A stretch of 64,000 bases of DNA from Phoronis australis (lineage: Eukaryota > Animalia > Phoronida). This document shows, piece by piece, positions 12,747 through 24,600 of the stretch. The stretch is from NCBI GenBank assembly GCA_002633005.1, contig NMRA01000020.1:702803-766802 (forward strand), written 5' to 3'. The notes under the pieces were generated by a model. It saw only the letters and a program-made list of their open reading frames with translations. It was not told the origin of the DNA and searched no databases. Positions within the stretch are counted from its first letter, which is position 1. Each line of letters begins with the position of its first letter. A program made the position numbers and the translations under genes.

Positions 12747-14653
12747 CTGAGAAAAATAATAACAAATGTATTTCAATCTCTTGCAATGATGGATTTGAAG
12801 GAAAATATTAACGTACAAAACGTTTCTTGCGAGGTTGACAATACCACACGAGGATCACCTGGCGACACCGCGAGCTTTCTACAGTAAGCTGCCCACACAG
12901 ACATGTCTATGGTGTGCAAATACTAATGAAATGTAAATATAATCAGCATTCAGCAAGCCAATGCCTTTCTGAGAATGTCATTCAAATTTATAGTAATTTG
13001 ACTTCATGATACACCGACTAGTAAAAATCAGCTACCACGCTGTGTTCATTTTTGCTCTTTGTACCCATATACAGGGCTGCCAATCCCCCACTTTCACCGT
13101 CCGCAAGGGCGTTGTTATCAACAGGTACCTTTACCCATAGACTTCATGAGATTGAGAAGGCCGCTACGCTGACGTTTGTTTCCAAATCTCTAATGAGACA
13201 CATCAATTGCTTTTCAGAGGTAGATGTAGATGCCTTTGTTTAAAAACACGAATAAATTAGGGTCAGAATAGAGTTTGTTGGCGAACGGAAACGTTTTGCT
13301 ACGACTTGTAAAAGGCTCCTGATGATCTTCTGGTGTAAAGAAAATTTTCAGAGATCCAAATTAAAGCTGAACCTGTTAGACCCGACCCGGGAGGCATGGG
13401 ACAGATCGAACATTGGGGACCAGAAATCTTGAGCTGGAGGAACATTGGGACATGAAAGCATGACGAAAGAGGAATACTAGTTATAATTGAAAACAACGGC
13501 CTACGTGGAAACACTGGGGAAAAGGAACATCAGTCGGGAACTGTGGGTGAGCAGAATATTGGCACCGAGAAATGCCTATCTGGACCCGAAGAAAAGGTAA
13601 TAAAAGCACATCCAAATGAAATAGAAATGTTCCCATTTGCTCTCAAAGCTGTCAAAATGTATTGGCTATGTTGATGAAAATATATATGGTTGTGATTTTC
13701 CCCATGTTGATCAAGGCACTAAAAAATAGCGGCGGAAACTGTGCTGATTTGCAGAACTTGAGGTAAGGACTGTACCACAAAAGCACAAAAGCAGAGTTTA
13801 CGCCAAAAGCGGATTGCGATGAGAAATGTTGTGAACCGACAGACGATGGTGTCAGCAAGACACCTGCTAGATATTAGGTCGCAGTTTCCTGTAAACACCT
13901 TAATTCTCAGTGTAGGTACTGTATGTATCCATGACAAAACGTTTTTGTTGGACTCGAATTAGATTTTTGGCTGACTTTATTGACCGGGGACGCTATTTAG
14001 CTTGATCCGGCTATACACACAGTATTATCCCTATACATGTACGTTGGATTAAATAAATTCAGTGTTAAAGTAACGTTTCGCAAATGTTTTCGTTTAGTTT
14101 CCAGTATTTGAGGTGAATTAGCATATGTGAATTGGGAACTGAAGCGTGACCTCGCCGACCATCCGAAAATCAAGTATTGTGTCCAACAACGAACAACCAG
14201 TGGGCATCAACAAAACATTTAAACTGTCTTCGTGGTTTGTTGGGCAGCAAAATAGCCTACCAGAGCACCTAATGGTGTCACCGAACATAGGAACAATGCA
14301 AGACAACCGTACTGGCAACTGCTGAATCAGTCTGTTGTTATGAATATCTTAATTGATGAACGGCGGCTTGGAATCGTGAGTATTCCACGATGCGTATCCG
14401 TTGGTTGCCCCAAAACCCTTAATTTCCAGTTGTCAGTTCTACGAGGTTACAGTTACAGTGAAATTTGTTATAATAACACGCCTGCTTGCTTATGGGAAAC
14501 TGTAACAGCACTATAACTGAATTGGGAGTGTCCTGACAGTGTTTGTTGGAATTATCAATTACAGGCTGCAACAATAAATGCTACTTCTGGAAAAATGAAC
14601 CAATTTTCTGGTATAAAAGAGTAGCAGACTGCGCCTAAACAAAATGTGCTTAC

Positions 14654-14883
14654 GTCACTCTGTAGGTTATTTTGATGTCATAACCGTGTGGATTGTAGAA
14701 AGTCATGTTCTCGTGGAGGACAAATACATAGGCAATAGCAACAATAACATTTTTTGGTCCCGTCAATCGAGGCATGATGTTTACGCCGCCCTTCAGATCG
14801 TCTGGCTTGCCTTCTTTGCAGATTCTACGAGGGTTTCCTGTGGCAACCACTGTGTCGTTCTTCGAATCTGAGGCTAATACAGT
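14654..14883 (-). CDS. Gene A coding exon 4
   Basis: Acceptor ttttcttttgcaag|ACT (phase 0), donor AC|gtaagc (phase 2), 230 nt. GNPRRIC..IMPRLTGPKNVIVAIAYVFVLHENMTFYN aligns with gene B GNFRTLC..IMPSLTGPSKTLVGIVNVFTIHENFTFWN. Confidence 0.88.
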
Positions 14884-14934
14884 CTTGCAAAAGAAAAATG
14901 TATTAATTAAAATAGGCTTTTGAAGAACTGAGAA

Positions 14935-15062
14935 GTAGGGAGGTAGGGAAAAGTGAGATGGAAGGAAGAGAGGGGGAGGGAGATCAGAGGGAGAGAGCGA
15001 GGAAGGGAGTCAGGGAAGCAGGGGTGTGCGCGGGCAGGCGGGCGTGCGTGCGGACGGGCAGA
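14935..15062. repeat. Purine-rich / GC-rich low-complexity tract
   Basis: GGGA/GAGA runs followed by GGGC/GCGT repeats. Confidence 0.6.
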
Positions 15063-16093
15063 GGAAACTTCAATAGGATTTAGTTTGGGAATGAGACAGA
15101 AGCAACATCTATAAAACTGCCTTTTGTGAAAACAAACTTCCGATTTAAGACACTTATCGCTATAGACCTATCAGATCTTAACTTGTTCGTGACTTAGATT
15201 AGGGTTAATTTGAGGGGTTGGGGAGGACTGACAGTTCGTCAATGGTGCTTGAGGTTGGGCTCGACACTGAGTTGAATATTTCTGGACTCAGATTGGTTCC
15301 AATCTCTTCCGAACTGTCAATTCTTCCATTAAGCCTAGGAATCACTCCCCACCTGAGTAAGCAACAAATTGAGACCAAGTTTACAGCTGAAAGTGATATA
15401 GATCGAAACTTAGTATTTTATAGCCGAATTCACTAATTTTATTTTTTATCATTGAAAACCTACTGGAATGCATAATCGGTCTAGAATGCTATTTTTCGAC
15501 GCAAATTAGGAACGGGGATGCCTTAGAAGAGCACCCGCGGATCCACGTGGAGCCACGCCTGAAACGACTATAGATTTTAGAACTTGGATTTTTTTCCTAT
15601 GTCAGCTCTTGAATGGGCTCACAAGAATTAGCAACCAGTGCATACTCTCTTGGTACACGTTAACATAAATTTAGAGCCTACTAGAAGTGACAACGTGCCG
15701 ATCGATGTATGCTTACAAGTTGTTCTGTAAAAAATCTGTGACCCAATAACATAATTATGTGCTCAAACAAAGCCAAACTGAGCTCTTGCCTATAAATTTT
15801 GATTTTGATATTGGCATGACAACTTTTGGCCCACGGGCAAACTCGGTGCAGCAAAAAGTACATCTCGCTTGAATTTTGATTTTGCAAGTGATAATGTACT
15901 TTAAATGCTCTTCTGGGTCAATTAGCTACAGCCTACACGCATGGCTTCCTAATAACAATGAAACAACAAGGAGTAAAATCAGAACATATTTTATCTTAGT
16001 AATGATTATTTTTTAAAGTATTTCACGTCTCACATGTGTCATGATTATGAAACTACACTGAACTTGACAACTGTAGTTGTGTCATTCAGATAC

Positions 16094-16238
16094 TGTTGTA
16101 GTATCGTATTACTATGTAGCGTAGTCATACATTGCTGTGAATGAAGTAGTTCTCTCGGTACTTAGTCTTTAAATATAAACCTACTATTCTAAACCTGGTG
16201 TCTTCATTATCGCCTCTAACCGGCCAGATAATACTTCA
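16094..16238 (+). repeat. 5' LTR
   Basis: TGTTGTAG...ATACTTCA, identical to 20907-21051. Confidence 0.97.
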
Positions 16239-16251
16239 TGGTGGCAACGGT
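16239..16251 (+). other. Primer-binding site (tRNA-Leu-like)
   Basis: TGGTGGCAACGGT directly follows the LTR, one mismatch to TGGTGGCAGCGGT (complement of the tRNA-Leu 3' end). Confidence 0.7.
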
Positions 16252-16736
16252 AAAAACACAATCATACCTGTGATTGCTAGGACCGATGTTGTGCAAATAA
16301 ATGGACTTTGGAGAAGTGCAGAAACTAATTTTCGTGCATCTACCGGGAGCCGGACAACGTGAAGCCGCGACGCGCCCTTGTCTGCAAACCCTGTCGTACC
16401 TGTCCGTCAACCAGCAGACGTAAGTGCAAGAAACAACTGTTCTGAACGGACAATCGGTATTCAGTGATCANACCAGCAGACACAAATTCGTAAGTGCAAG
16501 AAACGACTGTTCTGAACGGACAATCGGTATTCAGTGATCATTATACTACCAACGTTTTATTCCTGTCCGAGGATAGGAGAAACACGGAATTCATTGTCTC
16601 GCGGACTGACACCTAATCGCCATTGTCTCTCGCAGACTGTGCCTGAAATTTGTCACTCCCACATTCCCAGACGACCTATAATTAGATCAGTGCAAGTGAC
16701 CGTCTGCGACCTCTGTGCCTGTGACATTTGACAAAT

Positions 16737-19700
16737 ATGGCGGCCTCCATACCGAAGATGGCCTGGGACGGCGACGATATCAGTGAGAACCTTGCGTTAT
16801 TTAAACAAAAAATGACACTATTCATAGAAGACGAGGAAATAGTGGACGCAGATAAGCAGGCACGTAAAATCCTCCGTGGTATCGGGGATGAAGGTTTGAA
16901 GCGACTGAATGCCAGTGGGTTAACCGACGCTGACAAAAGTAAACCGGCTGAACTTTGGAAATTTTTTGAGAGTCAGCTAAGGGTATCAGTTAATTTCCGT
17001 ATACACCGCCTACAACTGATGCAGTATAGGCAAAAACCCAATGAAAACCTTGATGACTTTGTGACCCGTGCACGCACATTGGCCCTGAAATGTGATTTTT
17101 CGGATGAAGAACTTGGTGAACGTGTGCTGGAACTCATCATAGCCAGTACCCCATACGATGCCTTCCGCACAGAGTTGTATGGAAAACCTAAGGGTGCCAA
17201 GCTATCCGACATACTAATTGAAGGTCGGAAATATGAAGCCATGAGCGCTGGCAACAATCAATTGCAGCAGATGGGCCTTGCCACTGAAAAAGTTCATGGC
17301 GTGACCAGGGAAAGCCGAAACCGATCCTGTAGAAACTGCGGTCTGAACCACAAACCCAGACAATGTCCAGCCTACTTCGACACGTGTGAGTCATGTGGAT
17401 TCAAGGGGCACTGGGCAGCTTGCTGTAGAAAAAAACGCAAAGCACAACAACAACAACAACAGCAGCAACAGCGACGTCATTCTTCCCGAGGACGACGCAG
17501 CAAATCGAGAACTCGGTCTGATCAGAACCACGACTCGTACCGGCAGAAGAAGTCTCACAAAAACATCGATGCTATTGACGACACTGACGACGAGACTTAC
17601 CAAAAGCATTTCTATTCAGTCACTGTGAGCACTAAATGCCTAGACAGTATGACACGAGATGAAGCATACACCACCCTTAACATCAAACCACCCAATATGA
17701 ACTCCTCAATCAGCCACACACTGAAATTGAAGATTGATTCTGGTGCATCAGGCAACACATTACCACTTCGTACTTTCAGACAGATGTATGGCCAGTCCCC
17801 AGACATGCTCAAGATCCTGCATCCTGCGCAACACGTAACACTCACCTCATACAGCGGTGACACCATCCCATGTCTTGGCCAGATCAACATTGATTGCCAG
17901 TACCGTGATTCTACATGGGTCCCTGCAACGTTCTACGTTGTGGATGTACCTGGCCCAGCTGTTGTCGGTCTACCTACTTGTGAGAAACTCAGGCTCATCA
18001 CAATACATGCCGACAGTATGAAGACGACACGCTTTAGTACCAAAGAACAGCTGAAGAACTCATACCCTGACCAGTTTGATAAAATTGGTAGCTTTGACGG
18101 CAAGGCAAAGCTTCTTCTCAAACCGGATGCGGAACCATTTATCGACCCCCCACGAAAGATCAGCATCCACCTGCGCGATAAAGTCAGGCAAGAAATTGAA
18201 AACTTAATCCAACAGGGTGTGCTACGCAAGGTGGATGAACACACCGACTGGTGCTCTAGCCTCGTATACAGCACGAAAAAAGATGGGTCACTTCGTGTCT
18301 GCATAGACCCCCAGAAACTTAACAGGAGTCTGAAACGCTGTCCACACAAAACACCAACCCTGGAAGAGCTGAATCCAGAATTCGCAAACGCAAAGTTCTT
18401 CAGCAAACTTGACGCCAAGGCCGGATATTGGTCCGTTCACCTCGATGAACAATCTCAACTGCTGACAACCTGCCGTACTCCATTTGGCAGAGTATGTTGG
18501 ACCAGACTTCCATTTGGCCTCAGCGTATCTCAAGACATATTCCAGGCGAGAATGGACCAAATTCTCGAAGGACTCAGTGGTGTTGTCAACATTGCCGACG
18601 ATGTGGCAGTATTCGGTAAAGACGAAGAAGATCATGATCGCAACTTACGCTGTCTCATGGAACGAGCTGCACAAACTGGTCTCGTTTTTAATAGCTCAAA
18701 ATGCGTAATCAAGCAGCGTAGCATATCCTTCTTTGGCAACCTATACACAGACTCTGGGATAAAACCTGACCCCTCTAAAATCCGTGACATTCAGCAGATG
18801 CCTACACCGCAGAACAAGGAAGACTTACAGCGTTTCCTAGGCATGCTGAATTACCTTTCCCAATACATCCCCAGATTTGCAGACAAAGCACACACACTAC
18901 GCAACCTTCTGAAATCTGAAACACCCTGGATGTGGGATGCGTCCTATCAGCAATGCTACGATGATCTCAAGCGTCTGGTCAGCACTGATTGCCAACTGTC
19001 CTACTACGACCCGCAAAAAGCAATATTACTTGAAGTTGACGCATCTCAGAAGGGACTAGGAGTGGCACTGACTCAAGATGGCAAACCAGTAGCATTTGGG
19101 TCCAAAACGCTCACCGACTGTCAGTCTCGATATTCCAACATCGAGCGCGAAATGTTAGCCATATTGTATGGCATACAGAGGTATCACACCTACTTGTACG
19201 GCACCTCATTCCTCGTGATAACTGACCATAAGCCGCTTGTCAGTATATGTTCGAAACCACTCCACTCAGCTCCACCACGGTTGCAACGAATGCTACTAAA
19301 GATACAAGGATACAACTTCCAGGTAGTCTACAGACCAGGTAGCCAGATGACTCTAGCTGATACCCTGAGTAGACTACCAAGCCCTGAAAATGGTGCGACA
19401 ATCGAGTTAGATGAACGCATTGATGGTGTCAATCTCAACCTCGATGATCCTCTGATCATTGACATGGCCATCATTAACTTCTCTGACCACAAGAGAGAGA
19501 GACTTAGAGTGGAAACCACCCAAGACTCTACGCTGAACCTGATCAAGGAGATTGTCTATCAAGGATGGCCTGAGACCATAAAAGACTTACCTGAGCAGGC
19601 ACGTCCATACTGGGCCTTCCGGGACGAACTAGCTGTCGAAGCCGGAATCCTGTTCAAGGGACGACAAGTTCTGATACCTGAACAAATGAGAGACGACATC

Positions 19701-20765
19701 TTACGGCAACTCCACGAAGGGCACCAAGGCGTCGAGAAGACCCGACGGTTAGCCCGAGAAAGTGTATACTGGGTAAATATCAATGCAGACATTGAGCGAC
19801 TATGCAAGTCGTGCCCACTTTGCCAGGAGTTCCAAGATGCCAATCCACGACAACCACTCAAGCCCCATGATATACCTTCCAGACCATGGCAGTTAATCGC
19901 ATCTGACCTATTCGAGATTGATGGCAGACACTTCTTGCTGACCGTTGACAGATATTCGAAATACCCTGTAGTTGACGAAATGAAAACGTCAGTGACCAGT
20001 CATGCTATAACCACAAAGATTAGAGACTACTGCTCTCTGTTTGGCAAACCAGACGAAATTATGACTGACAACGGACCACAATACACTGGTCCAGCTTTCA
20101 AAGCATTTGTCACCTCTTGGGACATCAAGCATGTCACCAGCTCACCTCACTACTCCCGCAGCAACGGCTTCATCGAACGCCATGTAAGACACATTAAGTC
20201 CGTTGTGAAGAAGTGCTTACGACAAAAGTCTGATATCGCCTTAGCAATGCTTCAGATCAGAGCCACTCCGATTGACGCAAAACTTCCATCACCAGCAGAA
20301 TTGCTATTTGGCCGACCAATAGTCACGACTCTACCGAGCCGCTCTGAACCTGGTGAGGATGCACATCGCAGAAGATTGGATGAACGAGCTACAAACATGA
20401 AGGACCATCATGACAAACAATGCCTTAAACAATCGCTTCCAAGTTTGTTTCGTGGTCAGCATGTTAGAATCCTCGACAAAGAAACCAAGACTTGGCGCCC
20501 GGGTACCATCGTACATCATGATGAGAATCCGGACAGTTATATCGTCGAAACCCCAAATGGCACTAGGCTTCGCCGCAATAGACATCATTTGCGAGACATG
20601 ATGCCGAAACGTGTTCATTTCAGCGACGACACACCTACTCACTCAACATCTACTGCCACATCAGAGGACTCTTGCAGTACACCAGCAGTAGCTAAACCAG
20701 AGTCCATCATCAGGAGATCTGAGCGAAAGACTTCAAGACCATCTCGCTACAAGGATTTTGTTTAA
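16737..20765 (+). CDS. Gag-Pol polyprotein (Gag with 2 zinc knuckles, protease, RT, RNase H, integrase)
   Basis: Knuckles CRNCGLNHKPRQC and CESCGFKGHWAACC; protease IDSGA; RT LPFGL and IADD; RNase H DAS/ERE/TDHKPL; integrase HEGH..CPLC, SDLF, TDNGPQY, NGFIER. ATG at 16737. Confidence 0.95.
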   Translation: MAASIPKMAWDGDDISENLALFKQKMTLFIEDEEIVDADKQARKILRGIGDEGLKRLNASGLTDADKSKPAELWKFFESQLRVSVNFRIHRLQLMQYRQKPNENLDDFVTRARTLALKCDFSDEELGERVLELIIASTPYDAFRTELYGKPKGAKLSDILIEGRKYEAMSAGNNQLQQMGLATEKVHGVTRESRNRSCRNCGLNHKPRQCPAYFDTCESCGFKGHWAACCRKKRKAQQQQQQQQQRRHSSRGRRSKSRTRSDQNHDSYRQKKSHKNIDAIDDTDDETYQKHFYSVTVSTKCLDSMTRDEAYTTLNIKPPNMNSSISHTLKLKIDSGASGNTLPLRTFRQMYGQSPDMLKILHPAQHVTLTSYSGDTIPCLGQINIDCQYRDSTWVPATFYVVDVPGPAVVGLPTCEKLRLITIHADSMKTTRFSTKEQLKNSYPDQFDKIGSFDGKAKLLLKPDAEPFIDPPRKISIHLRDKVRQEIENLIQQGVLRKVDEHTDWCSSLVYSTKKDGSLRVCIDPQKLNRSLKRCPHKTPTLEELNPEFANAKFFSKLDAKAGYWSVHLDEQSQLLTTCRTPFGRVCWTRLPFGLSVSQDIFQARMDQILEGLSGVVNIADDVAVFGKDEEDHDRNLRCLMERAAQTGLVFNSSKCVIKQRSISFFGNLYTDSGIKPDPSKIRDIQQMPTPQNKEDLQRFLGMLNYLSQYIPRFADKAHTLRNLLKSETPWMWDASYQQCYDDLKRLVSTDCQLSYYDPQKAILLEVDASQKGLGVALTQDGKPVAFGSKTLTDCQSRYSNIEREMLAILYGIQRYHTYLYGTSFLVITDHKPLVSICSKPLHSAPPRLQRMLLKIQGYNFQVVYRPGSQMTLADTLSRLPSPENGATIELDERIDGVNLNLDDPLIIDMAIINFSDHKRERLRVETTQDSTLNLIKEIVYQGWPETIKDLPEQARPYWAFRDELAVEAGILFKGRQVLIPEQMRDDILRQLHEGHQGVEKTRRLARESVYWVNINADIERLCKSCPLCQEFQDANPRQPLKPHDIPSRPWQLIASDLFEIDGRHFLLTVDRYSKYPVVDEMKTSVTSHAITTKIRDYCSLFGKPDEIMTDNGPQYTGPAFKAFVTSWDIKHVTSSPHYSRSNGFIERHVRHIKSVVKKCLRQKSDIALAMLQIRATPIDAKLPSPAELLFGRPIVTTLPSRSEPGEDAHRRRLDERATNMKDHHDKQCLKQSLPSLFRGQHVRILDKETKTWRPGTIVHHDENPDSYIVETPNGTRLRRNRHHLRDMMPKRVHFSDDTPTHSTSTATSEDSCSTPAVAKPESIIRRSERKTSRPSRYKDFV

Positions 20766-20894
20766 ATATTAGGACACTAGCTTACTAAGATATCATATGC
20801 GTAATCATACTTACTTACTTAGCCCCTGCTACAAGATCAAGTTATCACCATTGACGTTTCGTTCTAACCGTATTATAACCGCATTTTAAATACT

Positions 20895-20906
20895 AAAGAG
20901 GGGGGA
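20895..20906 (+). other. Polypurine tract
   Basis: A/G-only run (AAAGAG then G-run then A) abutting the 3' LTR. Confidence 0.9.
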
Positions 20907-21051
20907 TGTTGTAGTATCGTATTACTATGTAGCGTAGTCATACATTGCTGTGAATGAAGTAGTTCTCTCGGTACTTAGTCTTTAAATATAAACCTACTAT
21001 TCTAAACCTGGTGTCTTCATTATCGCCTCTAACCGGCCAGATAATACTTCA
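20907..21051 (+). repeat. 3' LTR
   Basis: Identical to the 5' LTR. Confidence 0.97.
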
Positions 21052-21642
21052 GATACATGTACATGTATGTTACCTCAATGATTCATTTTCATCTACAGAT
21101 CAAGACTTCCATCAAGTGTGAATCAGTTCAGGAGTTAACTTTGCTTTTTAACATGAAGTTGTTTCAATTTTTATCACCATTAACGTTCAAGCTAAAAACG
21201 GCCAAACGAGTATCGTATAGTCTCAGAGCTCTATTTGACTCGGGCAGCGCCATGCGTAATATGACAACTTAATTGGCAATATATTTTTATCCCAAAGTAC
21301 AGTATTAATGTTCTACATATGTACAAATTGTTTACCCCGTTGACTCTCATCTATTTGAACTAATATCACATCCGTAGTACGTCAATCCATTTCACTTGTT
21401 AATGTTACTAATCCATCAGTTTTCCATTTGCAAGATTTAGCCTAACTCAATGTAATTAAATTAGTGGTGGTGGGAATTTTCATGCCTACCCTAGTGTTTA
21501 TAGCTTTTGTCCTTACTTCATTACTTTTAGTCTATTCACACACTTGTAGACATGTATATTTCTTTTTCTCTTGTTAGATAAGCATGTTAACTATGAACTG
21601 TATGAATTTATCAGTACTTAACTACAGACATAATAATTATAA

Positions 21643-24600
21643 TTGTTCGGGTGTCTGGAAAACAAAAATACCCCACTGCTCGACCTCACTCTTCTACTAC
21701 GAAAACGACACCGAACTGAACACTTACGTAATGTTTACTGCACAATGAAGAACTCATGTTGTGATATCCGAGTTATCATTGAGCAAAGTCTTTTGACTGC
21801 TGGTGACATAGAGGTCAATCCAGGACCAGGCACTCAGGGTTTAGCCAGCTTCAAGGTCTTATTCACTAATATCAACAGTATCAAGGCGAACAATCTTTCA
21901 AGATTTGATCTTCTCAAGCAAGTTATTACAGACAACAATTACATGGTCATTGCTATACGTGAATCTGGAACACTGTCCGAAGACAACCTCAGTGCACTTA
22001 TTATTCCAGAATACCACATTGCCTACCACACTAGCGTCGGGAGGGGGTTGATCTTGTTTGTCCACAACTCCGTAAATTACAAAACAATTGATGATAAAAT
22101 TATACAATCAATGAGTAACTGTTGGATTGAACTTTACGTCAACCACAAAAAGGTACATTACGGTTTTTTCTATCGCTCACCCTCACAGACGTCCCATGAA
22201 CGGAAAGCATATTTCAAAACCTTTTCAGAGCAATTGCAAGAACTCTCTCAAACTAATAAAACGATTGTTATCAACGGGGATTTCAACGCAAGAAATAATA
22301 CTTGGTACTCTGAAGACAATGACAACCAAGCCGGTTTCGAATTATTCGATATTCTCCTCACAAATGACTGTATACAACTAATAAACGAGCCGACACGTTT
22401 AACAGTGTATTCACATTCTTGCCTTGATTTATGTGTAACAAACAATCTCGGATTAATTGAATCTACTTCTGTAAGGCCTCCCATTGGTAACTCAGACCAC
22501 CACGTTATAGAAACAACATTCACACTCAACTGCCCACCTAAAGAACCAGACATTATGAAGAAGATCTGGAATTACAACCTCATTAACATGGACAAACTGC
22601 GCTCTGACATAACCACATTCAACTGGACTGATATACTTAACAAAAGTGACATAAATGACGCAGTCTCAATATTCACAGTCACTCTACAACATATTAGATA
22701 ATAATATCCCATCAACCACGAAAACAATAAAAAACAAGAACAAACCGTGGTTTAACAATAACATTAAGTCTGAAATAAATAAAAGAAATAAACTGTNGAA
22801 ATAGTACTTGGTACTCTGAAGACAATGACAACCAAGCCGGTCTCGAATTATTCGATATTCTCCTCACAAATGAGTGTATACAACTAATAAACGAGCCGAC
22901 ACGTTTAACAGAGTATTCACATTCTTGCCTTGATTTATGTATAACAAACAATCTCGGATTAGTTGAATCCACTTCTGTAAGGCCTCCCATTGGTAACTCA
23001 AACCACCACGTTATAGAAACAACATTCACACTCAACTGCCCACCTAAAGAACCAGACATTATGAAGAAGATCTGGAATTACAACCTCATTAACATGGACA
23101 AACTGCGCTCTGACATAACCACATTCAACTGGACTGATATACTTAACAAAAGTGACATAAATGACGAAGTCTCAATATTCACACAGTCACTCTACAACAT
23201 ATTAGATATTAATATCCCATCAACCATGAAAACAATAAAAAACAAGAACAAACCGTGGTTTAACAATAACATTAAGTCTGAAATAAATAAAAGAAATAAA
23301 CTGTACAGATCGTTCAGAAGATCAAATAACACATGCATGTTCAAGCGCTGAAAAGAACAGTGCAAGAGTGTGGAAGAACTAATTAAAAAGACAAAACACG
23401 ACTATAAGATGAAAGTTATCTCCAATATCAAAAATGTCTCCAAAAATTCTAAGGACTATTGGGATATAGTAAACAAAATTCGAGGACAGGTAAAGCAATC
23501 ATCATACCCCACCATCCACTCAAAAGAATCCAACTCTCAGGCGTCATCCAAAACCGATAAAAGTATCTTATTTCTAGACTACTTCACTGCCAAGAGTCAC
23601 ATTGCACCATCAATAAACTATCCAGAATTTCCAAACAGAACATTAGAACACCTCTCTTACATAGAAGCCCAACCATCTGAAGTCAGAAAACTACTAGAAA
23701 ACATTGACGAAAACAAAAATGACGGTACCAATCTCATAACCAATAAAATGATCAAGATAATAGCAAGAGAGCTTACACTTCCTCTGACAACATTATACAA
23801 CAAAATATTACAATCTGGAAAATTTCCTTTGAACTGGAAGCTTGGCGTTATGATACCAATACACAAAAAGAACTCCAAAACAGACATTGCCAACTATCGC
23901 CCCATAACTCTACTTAACACCTTATCCAAAATTTTAGAAAAAAATCATTTCTCAGCACATGTTTGACCACCTCTCTTCACAAAACCTCATATATCGTCGC
24001 CAATTTGGCTTCATGCCTGGTAACAGCACTGTGTCTCAACTTACAGAAATTGTACACGACATCCACCTCCAGTTTGAGCAAGGGCACAACGTGAGATCCG
24101 TATTTTTAGACATTGCGTCAGCTTTTGATGTCGTTCCTCATGACCTGCTTCTACATAAATTACAATCTTACGGTTTCTCAGGCACTCTCCTCTTACTTTT
24201 AAAACCATATCTGGAAAATCGAACTTACAAAGTCCGAATTGAGGGTGTCTTATCACCTTCATCAACGCCAGGTTTCGTAAATGCTGGAGTACCACAGGGT
24301 GGCGTACTAGGCCCCTTACTCTTTTTACTGTACATCGATGATCTTCCAGACACGATAAGCTCTAAAACATTCTTATATGCTGATGACACTGCAATATTCC
24401 ACCCATTCTCAAAAGAGCATCCCCATGACTCCTTACAATTGCAAACTGACCTTAACAAACTCTATGACTGGTCTCACAAATGGAAGATGAAATTTAAACC
24501 TGAAAAAAGTGTTGATCTTATATTTTCTAAGTCTAATAATACTCATTTCCAAACAAATCCAACACTGGAATTATCACTCAATGGGGAAGTTATCCCCAAT

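Larger units (their letters stand above)
16094..21051 (+). mobile_element. Full-length Ty3/Gypsy LTR retrotransposon, Mag clade
   Basis: Identical 145-bp LTRs (TG..CA), 5-bp TSD GATAC (16089-16093, 21052-21056), PBS, PPT and a single intact gag-pol ORF. Confidence 0.97.

Noticed and set aside
12850-12911. Possible extra gene A exon (TCLCGQLTVESSRCRQVILVW)
   Set aside because: Exon 4 (phase 2) joins exon 5 directly and is collinear with gene B; this candidate starts in phase 0 and has a weak donor.
16410-16540. ~60-bp duplication in the Gypsy leader
   Set aside because: Centred on a single N (16471); cannot be told apart from a join artefact.
22292-23304. ~500-bp tandem duplication inside LINE ORF2
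   Set aside because: The two copies meet exactly at a single N (22797); most likely uncollapsed contig ends or haplotypes rather than biology.
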